From: Octopus vulgaris
Taxonomy: Eukaryota
Reading direction: 5' to 3'
Length of the DNA: 64,000 bases
Assembly: GCA_951406725.2 (NCBI GenBank)
Contig: OX597838.1
Location: 28,644,001 to 28,708,000, forward strand
In this document: positions 1 through 12,716 of the stretch, piece by piece
Layout of the letters: each line of letters starts with the position of its first letter
Position numbering within the stretch: the first letter of the stretch is position 1
The notes under the pieces: model-generated
The model's input: only the letters and a program-made list of their open reading frames with translations
The model's database searches: none
What the model was told of the DNA's origin: nothing
Program-made: the position numbers and the translations under genes

Positions 1-576
1 AGTGATGTCACAAAATTTCAATGGCCCATCCTTGACCCTTTTGATAGAATTCCAGGAAACTAGTCTAAATATATCAGTTTATAATGATAGCAATTCCTCA
101 TTGTAAAAAATCTGACAAATTTTAACGAAGGCTGTGAACCAATTTTTGATTCTTTGTTTACATGGGAAGAATCAATGTTTTATTGCAATCTCATGAAATC
201 TCGATGGACCATCCCTAAGCCCTTTTAATACTATTTCACTTGAGACTGCCTCTCATTCTGAGATACAAAACAAGCCATTCTGAAGTGTTTATGTGTATAT
301 TTAAGTCTCCTTTCATAATTTTATCAAAGAATTTTTTCCTTAAGTTTTGTAATTTTGATGCAAATTGTCTAACTCACAATACCAATCCACCTGAGACTAT
401 GATTTTATGATGCAAGCTGTTTTAAAATAATCTAAATTATAATTTTTCATTAAAATTTCATGTTAATTTATATTCTAAACAATAGCTTAATAAGGACGAA
501 GTTGTTTCACTGAATTTTTCATTATTTTCAAAATTAATTGAAACAGAGTCAGTGTATCACTACACCATATGCCCAT

Positions 577-840
577 GGGCATATAGCATAGTGGTTAAGA
601 GCGTGGGCTACTAACCCCAAGATTCTGAGTTCGATCCCAAGCAGTGACCTGAACAATAACAATAACAATAATAATAATAATAAGAAGAAGAAGAAGAAGA
701 ACATTGAAAAATACCTTAGGAATGAGAACCCAGGTTCGAAATTTCCCCAAGACACCTGATGAAGGCTGGAGGGTATATCAGCTGAAACATTGTGTTAACA
801 AACAAAACGAGGACAAAGATCCCTCAAATGTAAATAATAT
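577..840 (+). mobile_element. tRNA-headed SINE with internal (AAT/AAG)n and a hammerhead-like tail
   Basis: Box A TAGCATAGTGG and box B GAGTTCGATCC at 577-650, then a microsatellite, then gacacCTGATGA...GAAACattgtgtt at 751-796. Confidence 0.7.
751..796 (+). ncRNA. Minimal type I hammerhead ribozyme-like motif (probably inactivated)
   Basis: Stem I GACAC/GUGUU, core CUGAUGA(+A), stem II GGCUG/CAGCU, then GAAAC-AUU. One G>A change separates this from GAAAC-GUU. Confidence 0.6.
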
Positions 841-1092
841 AAAGTCAGTGCATTTCAAGAGACCCTTATTACCATGGTCACAAAAGTGTTAAATACTATT
901 AAACTCTATCATTCTACATGTTCTGTAATTCACCTGAAACTATCCCTGGTTCAATGATGCAATCTTTTTGTCTTGCAGTGATCTGAATTAAAACCTTCTT
1001 CCATCAAAATATGTTAATTTCTGTTCCAGTCAAAAGTTGAACCATTTAGCATTCAGATTATTCTGTCAAATGTAATGCTTATTTATTCACAT

Positions 1093-1490
1093 TCATCATC
1101 ATCATCATCATTTAGCGTCCGTTTTCCATGCTAGCATGGGTTGGACGGTTCAACTGGGGTCTGGGAAGCCAGGGGCTGCACCAGGCTCCAGTCTGATCTG
1201 GCAGTGTTTCTACGGCTGGATGCCCTTCCTAACGCCAACCACTCCGCGAGTGTAGTGGGTGCTTTTTACGTGCCACCCGCACAGGTGCCAGACGGAGCTG
1301 GCAAACGGCCACGAATGGATGGTGCTTTTACGTGCCACCGGCACGGGGGCCAGGCGAGGCTGGCAACGGACACGAACGGATGGTGCTTTTACGTGCTACC
1401 GGCACGGAGGCCAGTCAGGGCAGTGCTGGCAACAGCCACGAACGGATGGTGCTTTTTACGTGTCACCAGCACAGGAGCCGGCAACGGCCA
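1093..1490 (-). mobile_element. SINE-like retroelement family B with (GAT)n tail
   Basis: Shared core ggttggcgttaggaagggcatccagccgtagaaac...ccatgctagcatggaaaacggacgctaaatgatgatg. Other copies at ~4050-4270, 24535-24800, 29225-29510, 34930-35190, 43040-43287, 50308-50460, 53735-54040 and 56572-56770. Confidence 0.85.
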
Positions 1491-1565
1491 ATCATGTATT
1501 ATCTTGCAGCTTTGAGATTCCAATGATGTGATGGTTTATTTTTACAGTGACATTATTAGGTTGGT

Positions 1566-1895
1566 GAAGGCATTTGGCTCGGTGGTTAGAGCATCACAAT
1601 CATGAGGTAGTGAGTTTGATTCCCAGACCAGGCTGTGTGTTAAGTTCTTGAACAAAACTTTTTATTTCACATTGCTCCAGTTCACTCAGCTGTAGAAATA
1701 ATTTGCGATGTCACAGGTGCCAAGCTGTATCGGCATCTTTGCTTTTCCCTTGGATAACATCGGTGGCACAGAAAGGAGAGGCTGATATGCATGGGAGACT
1801 GCTAGTCTTCCATAAACAACCTTGCCTGGATTTGTGCCTCGGAGAGGAACTTTCTTGGGGCAATCCCATGGTCATTTATGACTGAAGAGGGTTCT
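1566..1895 (+). mobile_element. tRNA-derived SINE family D
   Basis: tggctcggtggttagagc...gagtttgattccc...ttcttgaacaaaac...gctccagttcactcagctg. Related copies at ~18729-18995, 41670-41965, 48850-49150 and 56212-56430. Confidence 0.8.
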
Positions 1896-2783
1896 TTTTT
1901 AGGAAGGTGTGAGAGGCCAGATCTGGTTACTTTGAACATAAAACAAGATGCAAATTTGGGGCCAGATATGTCCACTTTAAATGCTAAAGTATTAATAAGG
2001 ACAAGGTTCTTTTACTGAATTCTTCATTATTATTCATATTTGAATGTAACAAAAGACATTGTATTTCAACAGACGCATGGTAATAAGGGTTAATAATGAA
2101 GTTCCTTGTTTTCCTAAATCCCTCATGAACAGTGAATTTCATCATAATATGGCCATAAAAGAGCTATAAGATTTGGGGCTTACTGTAAAAAGAAGCCATT
2201 GGCTTTGTATTGAAAGGGAGCTTCTCAAGGCAGCATCCAATTTTTCATGCTCGCATGGGTCGGATGGAATTCGTCGAGGCAGATGTTTTTCTACAGCTGG
2301 ATGCCTTTCCTGTTGCTGACCTTCACCTGTTACCAAGCAAAGTAATGTTTGGTCCATGACCAGGTATGTTTTTATAAAAGGCTGAAAATGAATGACACTG
2401 ATTCTAATTTACAACTATCACATGATTCCAAGGTAAAAAAAGCACAAAATCACACACACACACACACACACTCATAGAGGCTTCTTTGAATTCATTTAAT
2501 GTTTAGCCATGTCACAAAATCCACTCAGGAGGCTTCAGTCAACCTAGGGTTATAGGCCTACCAGACACTATCCTTAAGGTGCTGTGCTGTGAGATTTAAC
2601 ACAAAGCCCCATGGCTGGGAAGCAAACTTGTCAACCACACAGCCACGCTTACACCTGTCAAATGAAATAGAGAATGAATCAGCATTTTGCATAGTTATAC
2701 CTGATATGTCTAGGCAGGTAATGTACATAAAAGGAGAAAACCTCTCTTTTATGATAGTAGTGAATTCAACACAACTGACTCAC

Positions 2784-2888
2784 TGACGCAGGGAATTCTG
2801 GGACATTGGTGTTTCAGCGTGTAGTGTCTCATCTGACAGAAGTCCTCTGGACCTTTGAGTCTGGCCAAGGAACTGGCCTTTGTTTACA
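2784..2888 (-). CDS. Candidate isolated coding exon of a divergently transcribed gene
   Basis: 105-nt unique segment with a pyrimidine-rich acceptor (ttcttttgtttgctgaaAG) and a GTGAGT donor. Only one frame is open: VNKGQFLGQTQRSRGLLSDETLHAETPMSQNSLR, phase 2-2. Confidence 0.3.
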
Positions 2889-2954
2889 CTTTCAGCAAAC
2901 AAAAGAATTATATTGGGAAAAGATTGAAAAGCTTATCCTTACAAAAAATATTGG

Positions 2955-3420
2955 TTTCAAATTTTAGAACAAGGCTAGCAATTTTGGGAAGGGGCTAAGT
3001 TGATTAAATTGACCCCAGTGTTCAACTGGTACTTAATTTATTGACTCCAAGAGGGTACTTAATTTATTGGCTGCAGAGTTGACTTCGGCAGAATTTGAAC
3101 TCAGAATGTCGTGACAAATGGAGCACTGCTAAGTATTTTGCTGCTGTGCTACCAATTCTGCCAGCTTGCTGCCTTACAAAAAAATATTTATTTCTTTATT
3201 GCCCAGAGGAGGCTAAACATAGAGGGGACAAACAAAGACAGACAAAGGGATTAAGCTGATTACATTGACCACAGTGCGTAACTGGTACTTATTTAATCGA
3301 TCCCAAAAGGATGAAATGCAAAGTCAACCTCGGCAGAATTTGAACTCAGAATATAATAGTAAATGAAATACTGCTAGGCATTTCGTCCGGCATGCTAACA
3401 ATTATGCCAGCTCGCCACCC
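2955..3420 (-). mobile_element. Two tandem copies of SINE family C
   Basis: Core ttctgagttcaaattctgccgaggttgactttgc...aaataagtaccagtt. Other copies at ~3790-3960, 37735-37950, 40635-41250, 44120-44340 and 53265-53475. Confidence 0.8.
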
Positions 3421-4339
3421 TTCACAAAAAAATATTACCAACACATTGTTTCAAAAATCTAAATCCAAAATTTACTACAATTACAATTTCAACAGAAAGA
3501 CCAATTTCAGAAACAAGATATTTTTCCACTCTTTGCAACAGCAAAACTTACTGATCAGGGCTGTAGAGTTGGACAACATCGGTGGCATGGAGAGGGGAGG
3601 CTGGAATGCATGGGAGACTGCTGGTCTTCCATAAACAACTTTGCCTGGATTTGTGCCTCAGAGAGGAACTTTCTAGGTGCAATCCCATGGTCATTTATGA
3701 CTGAAGAGGGTCATAAAAGTGTCCTAACTTTGATCCCAATAAAACGTAAATTGTAATATAATGTGTTAAAAAAAGATGGCCTAAATGTTAGCATACCAGG
3801 CAGAATGCTTAGTGGCATTTTGTTTGTCTTCACGTTCAAATACCGCTGAGGTTGACTTTGTCTTTCTGGGTCAATGGAATAGGTGCCAGTTGACCACTAG
3901 GGTAATGTAATCGACTTACCCCTCCCCCAAGATTGCTGGCCCTGTGCCAAATTTTGAAATTAATATAATGTGTTAAAATTTCCAATTTCATGGTTATTTA
4001 ATTGACTAATTTCTGCACTGAAAATAGTCAAATCAGGTGGCACATAAAATGCACCATTGAGCGTGGCCGTTGCCAGTACCACCAAACTGGCCCTCGTGCC
4101 GTAAAAAAAGCACCCACTACACTCTCAGAGTGGTTGGCGTTAGGAAGGGCATCCAGCTGTAGAAACTCTGCCAGATGAGATTGGAGTCTTGTTCACCAGA
4201 CTTCAATCAAATCATCCAACCCATGCTAGCATGGAAAGCGGACATTAAATGATGATGATGATGATGATGTTCCAGAAAGACTTTATTCAACACAACGGAT
4301 CTCAAACACACACACACATGTTTTGTAGGACAAACAGAT

Positions 4340-4600
4340 TCCTTTAACTGCGTGTGGACCATGAGGCATCAAACAACAGAAGATTTCTGTCTTGATCTTT
4401 AGAATTAGACTGTGGTTATTCTCAGGTGTAGCCATTTCCAAGTGGTTCAGTTTTTGTGGACCTTTTCCATGTTGTTTTTCAGTCTGCCATGCTTCTAGTT
4501 TTGAACATGGTCGTGATGTCACATGTTGCCAGTTGTGTGGTTGTCCTTGGTGAGAAAAAAGTTGTGCCACATTGGCTTTCACTATATCGCTTCATACACA
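4340..4600 (-). mobile_element. Degenerate RTE-clade LINE 3' fragment
   Basis: Alternative frame gives KTTWKRSTKTE...KDQDRNLLLFDASWSTRS, resembling the RTE ORF C-terminus, with internal stops. Confidence 0.55.
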
Positions 4601-7189
4601 ATATCTGAGGACAGTCTCCCCTGATCAGGACCAGTTTCATATATTCTCATTTGCAACAATGTAGATAGCATAATGTAACAAAATTAAAATTTTTTTTTTT
4701 TTCCTCTTGGTTTGTGTCACTTCCTGTATGCTTCTACCTAGAAATCAAAGGAAATGACAACTATCTCTTTCAAACTTTGCTTATGTGACCTGGACATCAA
4801 TGTTTTCAAATTGACCTATTTTCCTTTACATATCAGATAGATTCAGTGCTGGGTTGCTGAAGCAGAAGTATTGTTAAAGTAAATATTCTGGTCAATACCA
4901 CAGATTTGCTGGACTAAGTCACTTGAGCATGTCAATACATGTATCTCTGATCATGAGCAGGAATAGTAGGAGAGCATCATAGCCATGTGTTGAGAGGGAT
5001 TCTTTGGGGTTTGAATAAATGTAACAAAAGCAAAATTTGAAGGAAATATTAGCCCTTTTTCATACTCTTTAGGGGTAAGCAAATAAGAAATAACAGTTGC
5101 TACCCAAGGACAAAAATTATGTTAGTGTAATTGATAGTGCAGGACTCCTAGCTCTATATCTACTACCTTCTTTCTTTGTCAGCCAAATTTGGGACCGGTT
5201 AAGGCAGAGTTATTCAAAACATGAGAATATATATTTTATTATTTTAATTGGTAGAAGTTACAGAAGTTAATTGGCCCTTTAGTCATTTTATAACTTCTGC
5301 CAATGAAACTAATCCTTTTTACTATAGGCACAAGGCCTGACATTTTTTTTAGTGGGGTGGTAAGTCAGTCATATTGACCCCAGTACATAACTTGTACTTA
5401 TTTCATTGACCCTGAAGGGATGAAAGGTAAAAAAAAAAGAAAATTCCACCAAGGTCAACTTTGCCTTTCATCCTTTCAGGTTCGATAAAATAAGCCTTGT
5501 ACCTATAGCAGAAGGATTATTTTAATTTGTAGAAGTTACAAAATGACTAAAGATCCAAGAGCTAATTTGTAACCTACATCAGTCCTAGTACTTGACTGGT
5601 ACTTTATTTTATCCACCCTGTAAAGATGAAAGGCAAAATTTACCTTAGCAGAATTTGAACTCAGATGCCAGCTTACTGCTTTAATAATAATGACAACCCT
5701 TTGTACTCAACCCCACAGCTCACTTGGTACTTATGTTTTCAACCCTGAAATAGTGAAAAACAAAGATTACCTCAGCAGAATTTGAACTCAGAACCAAAAG
5801 AAATGCCATCAAGCCTTTTGTCCACTGTGGTAACAATTCTCCTAGCTTGTCATAATATAATATTATATTATTTTATATTATATACATATATTTGACAGAT
5901 TTTAGACAGTTTTTAGGTTCTGTTTACCAAATTCCACTCTCAAGATACTGGTCAACCTGAGGTTATAGTAGTAAACATATGTCCAAGGTATTGTGCTACT
6001 GTGCCATGGGATAATGGGATTGAACCCAGAACCATGTGGTTGCAATTTGTACTCTGTAACCAGATGACTATACCTGTAGTGACATGTTTTAAACTCTAAG
6101 TTTTAGTGTAAAATGTTTGGGATGGTATTTAGAAGATTGCTTCACTGGCAAAGTTTGAAGTAAGCTATTGTTTAAAAAAAAGTTAGAGTCTTTGAGGCAA
6201 TGAAGAAGGTACCATATTGTTGATGGATCTGCTTGCAACAGCAGCCAAATCACCTTCAAATTACACCCTCTCCTCTTAAAAACTGATGAGACTGACCTGG
6301 CAGGGATGCCTTTAATCAAGTCTGCTGAGTTAGGGCTGACATGAAGCTATTCAATAAAACCTTGGAGTGTTCACTGTATCTTGGTTGCATAGATTTATCC
6401 AAGGAGCGCTGATCTAATATATTCAATAGCAGCAGAAATACAAGCGCATGGTAATTTAACCTAGATATTATTCAGGCAAATTAAAACCAGCATTATTAGT
6501 GTAGTAATGAAACAATAATAATTTATTAACACTACCAATCATCAACATTAATTTAAACTGATTTTGGCAAGTAAGGGTAATAACTCTGCACATGTTTCAG
6601 TGTTATTAGACCTCTTCAGAATATAGCCTATTCTGTGCTTGCTAGATTAGTGATGATGAAATTACTGTATTGATGTGCAATAATTTACATAAATAGGTAT
6701 GAAAAAAATTATTTTTCTGTTTGTTTCCAAAAAAAAAAAAATTATTCATTTATATAACTCACGTTTTTATTTTATTTCAATATAGTTGACAAAGAAGATT
6801 GAAACAAAGAAATAGAAATGTTTCTGAATTTCTGTTCCTATTTATGTGTGAAATATTACCCACCTATGGGAATTCCAAAATATCAAGTGTTCAAGCCAAA
6901 TTAATACAACATGGCTGGCTGCAAATTTGAAATTAAATGCCAGGCAACTGAAAATGCTTTAGCTAATTCCAACATACTCTAGTTTAGCAAAGCTTGAGTC
7001 AAAAGCCAGCATTTTTCTCTTGAAAATAGACATTTTTGGTACGGATAGAAAATTGGAATATGACCCAATATTATAAAATATAACGGTTAGGTAGGTTTAA
7101 TTTGAAAGGGAAACCAAGTAAAAAAAAATATTGTCTTGACTTATTGTTTGCTACAGTATTTTATGTCAGCCATGTTGTTTATTGAAGTC

Positions 7190-9095
7190 TTTCGACTCCG
7201 CTACAATTATAGCTTAGTATTGATAAAAATATATATCGAAGAACTGCTCTCGCTTGCTTTTACGGCGAGTTTACGAATTAAAGAAATATTCGACATTAAA
7301 TCTCATCGATAAACAACAAGTGATTAAATCTTCGTTTAATACCTTACAACACAGTACGATTATTGCGCAAACCGGAAGCTAGTCAGAATAGAGGAGGGAA
7401 CTCCTATGGACGAATATTTACGTCGCTACGCTCTTGTGTGTTTTGGATGATTACTGTAAGTTTTTAGCAAGATTTTTGCATTTTTGTCGTTGCTGATATG
7501 TACAATGTTAAAAACTATTCACTTTCTAGCATTTATTCACCGATGCAGTACCGTGTTGTGAATAAACACAGCAATGTCGATTCTTTATTTCAATTACCAT
7601 CGACTACGATTGTTCTGACTAATATGGCGTCGGCTTTCTTCGCGCTGCTCAACACAATTCGGCAGCTGCATGTTTATGGTAGATTGCTTCGCTTCGTGAA
7701 AATGTGTTATGTTAAATATATTTGTGCCGAATTCTTAGATTTTAAACATCTTTAACACCTTTGATTCTCGTGAATATTTACGTGATTGTTATCAATGGCT
7801 GGTTCTTGTTGACTTTCAGAAGCACTTCGAACAAGACAAGAACCGTGTATTAGTGTACAATGACTGATTCTTTTTCGCTTCTTTTGCACATGTTTAACAG
7901 CAATCTGATATTAATTGTGTGTATTCGTTTAGTGAACTATTTTTCTCTTCGAGAGAGTATCGAACGCTTTCACATGTTCTGTTTTACGCAAAATGCCTAT
8001 GAATCATTATATCTCTTTAACATAAAATTTGCACGCTGTCTTTTAGAACAATGGAATCAAAAGTCGATATTTCCAGTACCATGTACTTTCTGAACGTGAA
8101 CACGGTCGATTTTTCGTGATTTATAAACATTTCGACATTAAATTTTATTAAAAATTCCTTTTCAGTATAACATTATTTGTTTTCATTTTCGTATTCATTC
8201 ATTACACATCGTAACGATGTCGATCGAGTGCTTGTTTCAATTTCAGTATATTGGACATTTTTATTCGAAACCGATTCGTATAACATTACTGTTTAGTACA
8301 TTTGTATCGTAATTGCCAAAAAATTCCAACCAATTTGTTCAGGAATTTCAATTCCTTTGCCTTTCTTCGCTGTTTATCAATGCTGCTCGGTTTGATTTCA
8401 ATTCAACATGGAACGGTTTTGAGGTCAACTATTTTATCTGTCAATGTGGACATTATAAGGCAATGCGATCGGTAACGTGGATGCGGGCAATGTCGAAAAA
8501 TGTCTTAATTTAAAGCCGTTTTTGAAATGGTTTCAGACAACGATCCCGTTCTTTTATTAACCTAGTTCTTTCCTTTCTTTTTAAGGGCGGGGGTGATATT
8601 CTAACTCTAACGGCTTCATGTATTTACTTCATGCATTCTTTTGTATCACCAAACGTTCCTGCTTCTAAAGACATTTTTCTTTTCACGAAGGAAAACGTTC
8701 GCATGCTTTATGAATATATATGTTCGGGAGTTTAAACTCGGAGTAACGACTGAGTGAATTATCAGATTTATATACATATTTAAATATATGATGTAGTTGA
8801 AGCTGATTGTATTGATATATGTATATTTATTGGGGATTTTGTCTTGAAGCTTTTCGATTTAACGTTTTCTATTTGGGTCAAATGTTTTCTCGTGCTCTTT
8901 GCTAATTATGGAACAAAGCTAAATGTTCTTCAATTTCACAAACGTTACTTCCCCAAATTTAACGTGTATTTTCACAAATTTTACATAGTCATTCGAATCG
9001 GTATTCGTTGTATTTACGATGTTTACGTGTCGTTTTTTAATTGTCTGTTTTCTTCTCGAGAACTGGTTTAGTCATCGGCGAAGATCGCTCGATAT

Positions 9096-9150
<55 letters not shown>

Positions 9151-10020
9151 GAATTTTGATGGTTATATATATATATCTATATAAAGTTCGTAAGCATTGA
9201 TATTTTAAAATAGATACCAAACGTTTTCTAGTGTTATATCGAAAGGTAAACATGGGCAAAAAAGACAAATAGATTAATTTAATTAAAAAAGAGGATTCGT
9301 AATTAAACACAAGATGAAAAAATGGTTTGGAGGCTTTCCAGTCTGCATTTATTTGATGACTTTAACCCTTCATCTCGGCCCTGATCGAACAGATCTTTGG
9401 TCAGAAGCAGTCCAATCGTGATCATGTTTCTTTCATTTGAGACTACATTTTTCGGTGTACCCTTTCTTTTTTTTATGTAATTTTCATGTGATTTGATTGC
9501 CATTTGGTTTCTAATTACTGTTGGTCAAGCGACCAAGCTCAGGTTTCCTCGATGGCTCGGTACTTTTCGTCACGAAACATCTTGTTGCTGTTTGGTTATT
9601 GAATGGCGAACAGACGTTTTTGCTCAATTCTTCACCTTTGTTGACACATTTTTTTTCGAGAGATCTCTTCCTCTTGGCAGCAATGGAAATGGATTTAATG
9701 AAGTAGGGGTACGTTAAGGTCCATGAGACTGAAAATAGGATGGAAGGCGAAGAGTTTAGACTCTATATGCTCCCGTGTTCACTGAAATGTCTTCCTCGAA
9801 ACATCGTCCTTTCTATTTCCTTTTTTTTTTGTCCACGTTTTCAAAATCTTCAAGAACTATTCTAGAAGAGTTGATTCTGAATAATTAAGTATATTAACTT
9901 CGTATGGTTTTTCTCTCTTTATTCTCCGGTTTAGAAATGTAATAGTCAGATTTCTTCGTTTGCAGACGAAAGGGTGGAGGAGAAAAAATTTCGTAAAATT
10001 GAAATAAATTCGTGTACTGT
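7190..10020 (+). promoter_or_regulatory. CpG-rich, SINE-free island; probable promoter and first non-coding exon of the zinc-finger gene
   Basis: Abrupt rise in CpG relative to the depleted flanks, with no SINEs. DRE-like CATCGATA 7304-7311, TTGCGCAA 7363-7370, ETS ACCGGAAG 7371-7378, donor GTAAGT 7456-7461, YY1-type AATATGGCG 7621-7629. The link to the downstream CDS is inferred. Confidence 0.6.
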
Positions 10021-11032
10021 TTGAAAAAAAAATCTCTTAAAACATATTTAAATGTTCAGATTGTATAATATAAACAGAAAAGAAAACAAAAATGAACAAA
10101 CATGGATGCTTTGTGTCACTAAATATTTCTACCTTAAATGTTTTTCTTCCACGAAACACATTTGTACGTATTTGTTTTCAATGGTTCTCAACTATTCTTT
10201 ACCAATGGACTCTTTGGATTCCTATTTTACTCATTCAAATATTATATTTCTTATAATTGAATATAATGAGGAATCGTTTAAAAAAAATTGTTAAAATATT
10301 TTGTGTAATGTAAAAGTAAAACCAATTCATTGCACATGAATTTTAACAAAAGGTCTGTGAGACCTTGGTTGAGTACCACTGGTCTATGTTCAGATAGGTG
10401 CCACTGACCACTCTCAGATATTCTTTTTCACTCGTTTTTGTTTAAACTATGCAAATTATTTAGGATCTAGATTCTAGGTCAAGATGTGTTCTCTTTTGTA
10501 TATGTCTAATATTCTTTGTTGCTAGAGATAAGGTTGGACATTTGTTCTGATAATGTCTATTGAAACAGAAACAGGTGCCCACAACAGTACTCTTAACCCT
10601 AACCCTAACTTGTCCTTTTCTTTGATGTCATGCCAACTTTGGAAAATTCTTGAGTCTTACCTCATATGGAGCTAGTCTTAATTGTCATTTAGTAATTATG
10701 ATAGATATTCTAGAGGCAGGAATAAATTTTAATAAATTAATAAATAATATTGTATGGTATTTACCTGTATTTCTCTCTCTGTCTCTCTCTTTATGTGTGT
10801 GTGTAGAGAGAGAGAAAGTAGTAGTGTTAGTTGTAGTATGGGTATCCCAAGTAATGCAGTTAAGGTATCTATCTGCAAGTCAAGCAAAAGTACTCAACAA
10901 ATTTGATGGTAGCGGGTGCTACATATAAAAATTGTTAATTACAATATACAAGATGTTTCGTTTATATTTACAATTAGCTTGTGTCTGTGTTTGTATTTGT
11001 GTCTCTCTCTCTCTCTCTATATATACATAATT

Positions 11033-11156
11033 TCTTATTCCCATGTCATTTTAATTTCTTAAATATCATATATATATATCATCATCATCATTGCTAAATG
11101 ATGATGATGATATATATATATGATATTTAAGAAATTAAAATGACATGGGAATAAGA
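11033..11156. repeat. Perfect palindrome, 60-bp arms, 4-nt loop
   Basis: tcttattcccatgtc...catcatt GCTA aatgatg...gacatgggaataaga. Confidence 0.9.
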
Positions 11157-11177
11157 TATTCTGTTGTCGACTTCATT

Positions 11178-11258
11178 AACTTACAGGTGTTTCCACTATA
11201 AGGTGCAATGCACTCATAGTTGAGTGCTTGTGTATCACCCTATAGCTTCATCAGAGCT
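11178..11258 (-). ncRNA. Type I hammerhead ribozyme-like motif with long stem II
   Basis: Minus strand reads agct CUGAUGA a gcuauagggug...gcacuca-acua-ugagugc...caccuuauagu g GAAAC accu GUA aguu. Stem II has 11 bp and stem I is AGCU/AGUU. Confidence 0.7.
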
Positions 11259-11291
11259 TCAGAAATGAAGTACAGTTTTATTTGGGAAAGC

Positions 11292-11326
<35 letters not shown>

Positions 11327-12677
11327 AGCATTGCCATCAAAAACGTATAAACATATAAAGGAAATGAAGTCAGGAATTTGAAGGGGAGAAGTCCCTCAAG
11401 GTTATTATTTTATTGCTAGTTTATGAATAAAGTCAGAAGCTTCACTAATGGGGTGACTCAATACTGGTAGTAAAACTAAATTTATTAAGCTGCAGTCAAC
11501 TCTCATTTCCTCCCTTAACATATGTTTGTGTTTGTGCATAATCATTGTTTTAATGCTTGTTTTCCCATGATTTTGTTGAGGAAACTTTTCTTCTGTTATA
11601 TATTCTTCCTCTTGCCAACCCTAACTTGTTTTTCATGTAAGGTGGGTTTTTTTCTTCCATTCTACTGCCCCCTCACACATTGAAATTACAGGACCTTTAT
11701 TGAGAAATGTAAACAATGTCAATCATTTTTTGCTGAAGCTATAGTAATGAAGACACAGATAATATTCACATGCATACATCCATCCATTTGTCCCACTGTC
11801 ACACTCTGACCTTTCATCATCAGATACAGGATCACCTCCTCCAATGCCCCCTCTCCTCTCAAAGGTTCTTTGTCTTGCAAGTTACTCGGTGACCCTGCCA
11901 GTGCTGGTGCCATGCAAAAAGCATTCAGTCCACACTGTAAAGTGGTTGGCATTTGGAAAGGCAGTCAGCTGTAAAAGCCATGCCAAAACTGATCTGGCTG
12001 GTGCCACATAAAAAGCACTCAGTCCACTTTGCAGGGTAGTTGGTGTTAGGAAGGACAACCAACAGTAAAAACTATGCCAAAACAGACACAGGAGCATGGT
12101 GCAGGCTCCTGCCAAACTGTCCAACCCATGCCAGCTTGTAAGGCAGATGTTAAATAATGATGATGGTAATTTGAATTAACCCCTTATTTAAACATAAAGA
12201 TTAAGGGCTCTGGTGAAAGCAAAGAATGACCATTTTGAATTGTAAATATATAGAGAATATTGTCAATAAATATAACAACAAATCTGTAAACTTCCATTAA
12301 TCAAACCTAAAAATTTTTCTTTTATGGTAAAATGAATAAGGAGTGACTATATATGCTGCACCCAGTGTGTGTCTGTAGGCATGTGACGTAGTCACAGTCA
12401 TGAGTGCAATACACCTAACCATTAGGTCACATTCCTTCACACACACACACAGACTGCCAGCACATTGTTTTCTTGAGCAAAACACTTCATTCTACATTGT
12501 CCCAGTTCACTCAGCCATAAGTGGGTGGACCTTGTAATGGACTAGTCTTTCGATCAGGGGGGATGTTGGCCTGCTTGCCTAGCCAGCAGGGTGGCATCAT
12601 TTATAAGCTAAAATGATGCAAAGCACATTGTGACCAGCAATGTATAACAACATCTGATAGTCTGGTTGATCATGTGA

Positions 12678-12716
<39 letters not shown>

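Noticed and set aside
577-650. Functional tRNA gene
   Set aside because: The acceptor stem is imperfect, there is no oligo-T terminator, and the sequence continues into a SINE body. The same applies to the heads of families A and D.
6283-6310. CTGATGAG hammerhead core
   Set aside because: No GAAA half or pairing stems follow.
10593-10610. Telomeric (CCCTAA)n
   Set aside because: Fewer than three full units, too short to call an interstitial telomere.
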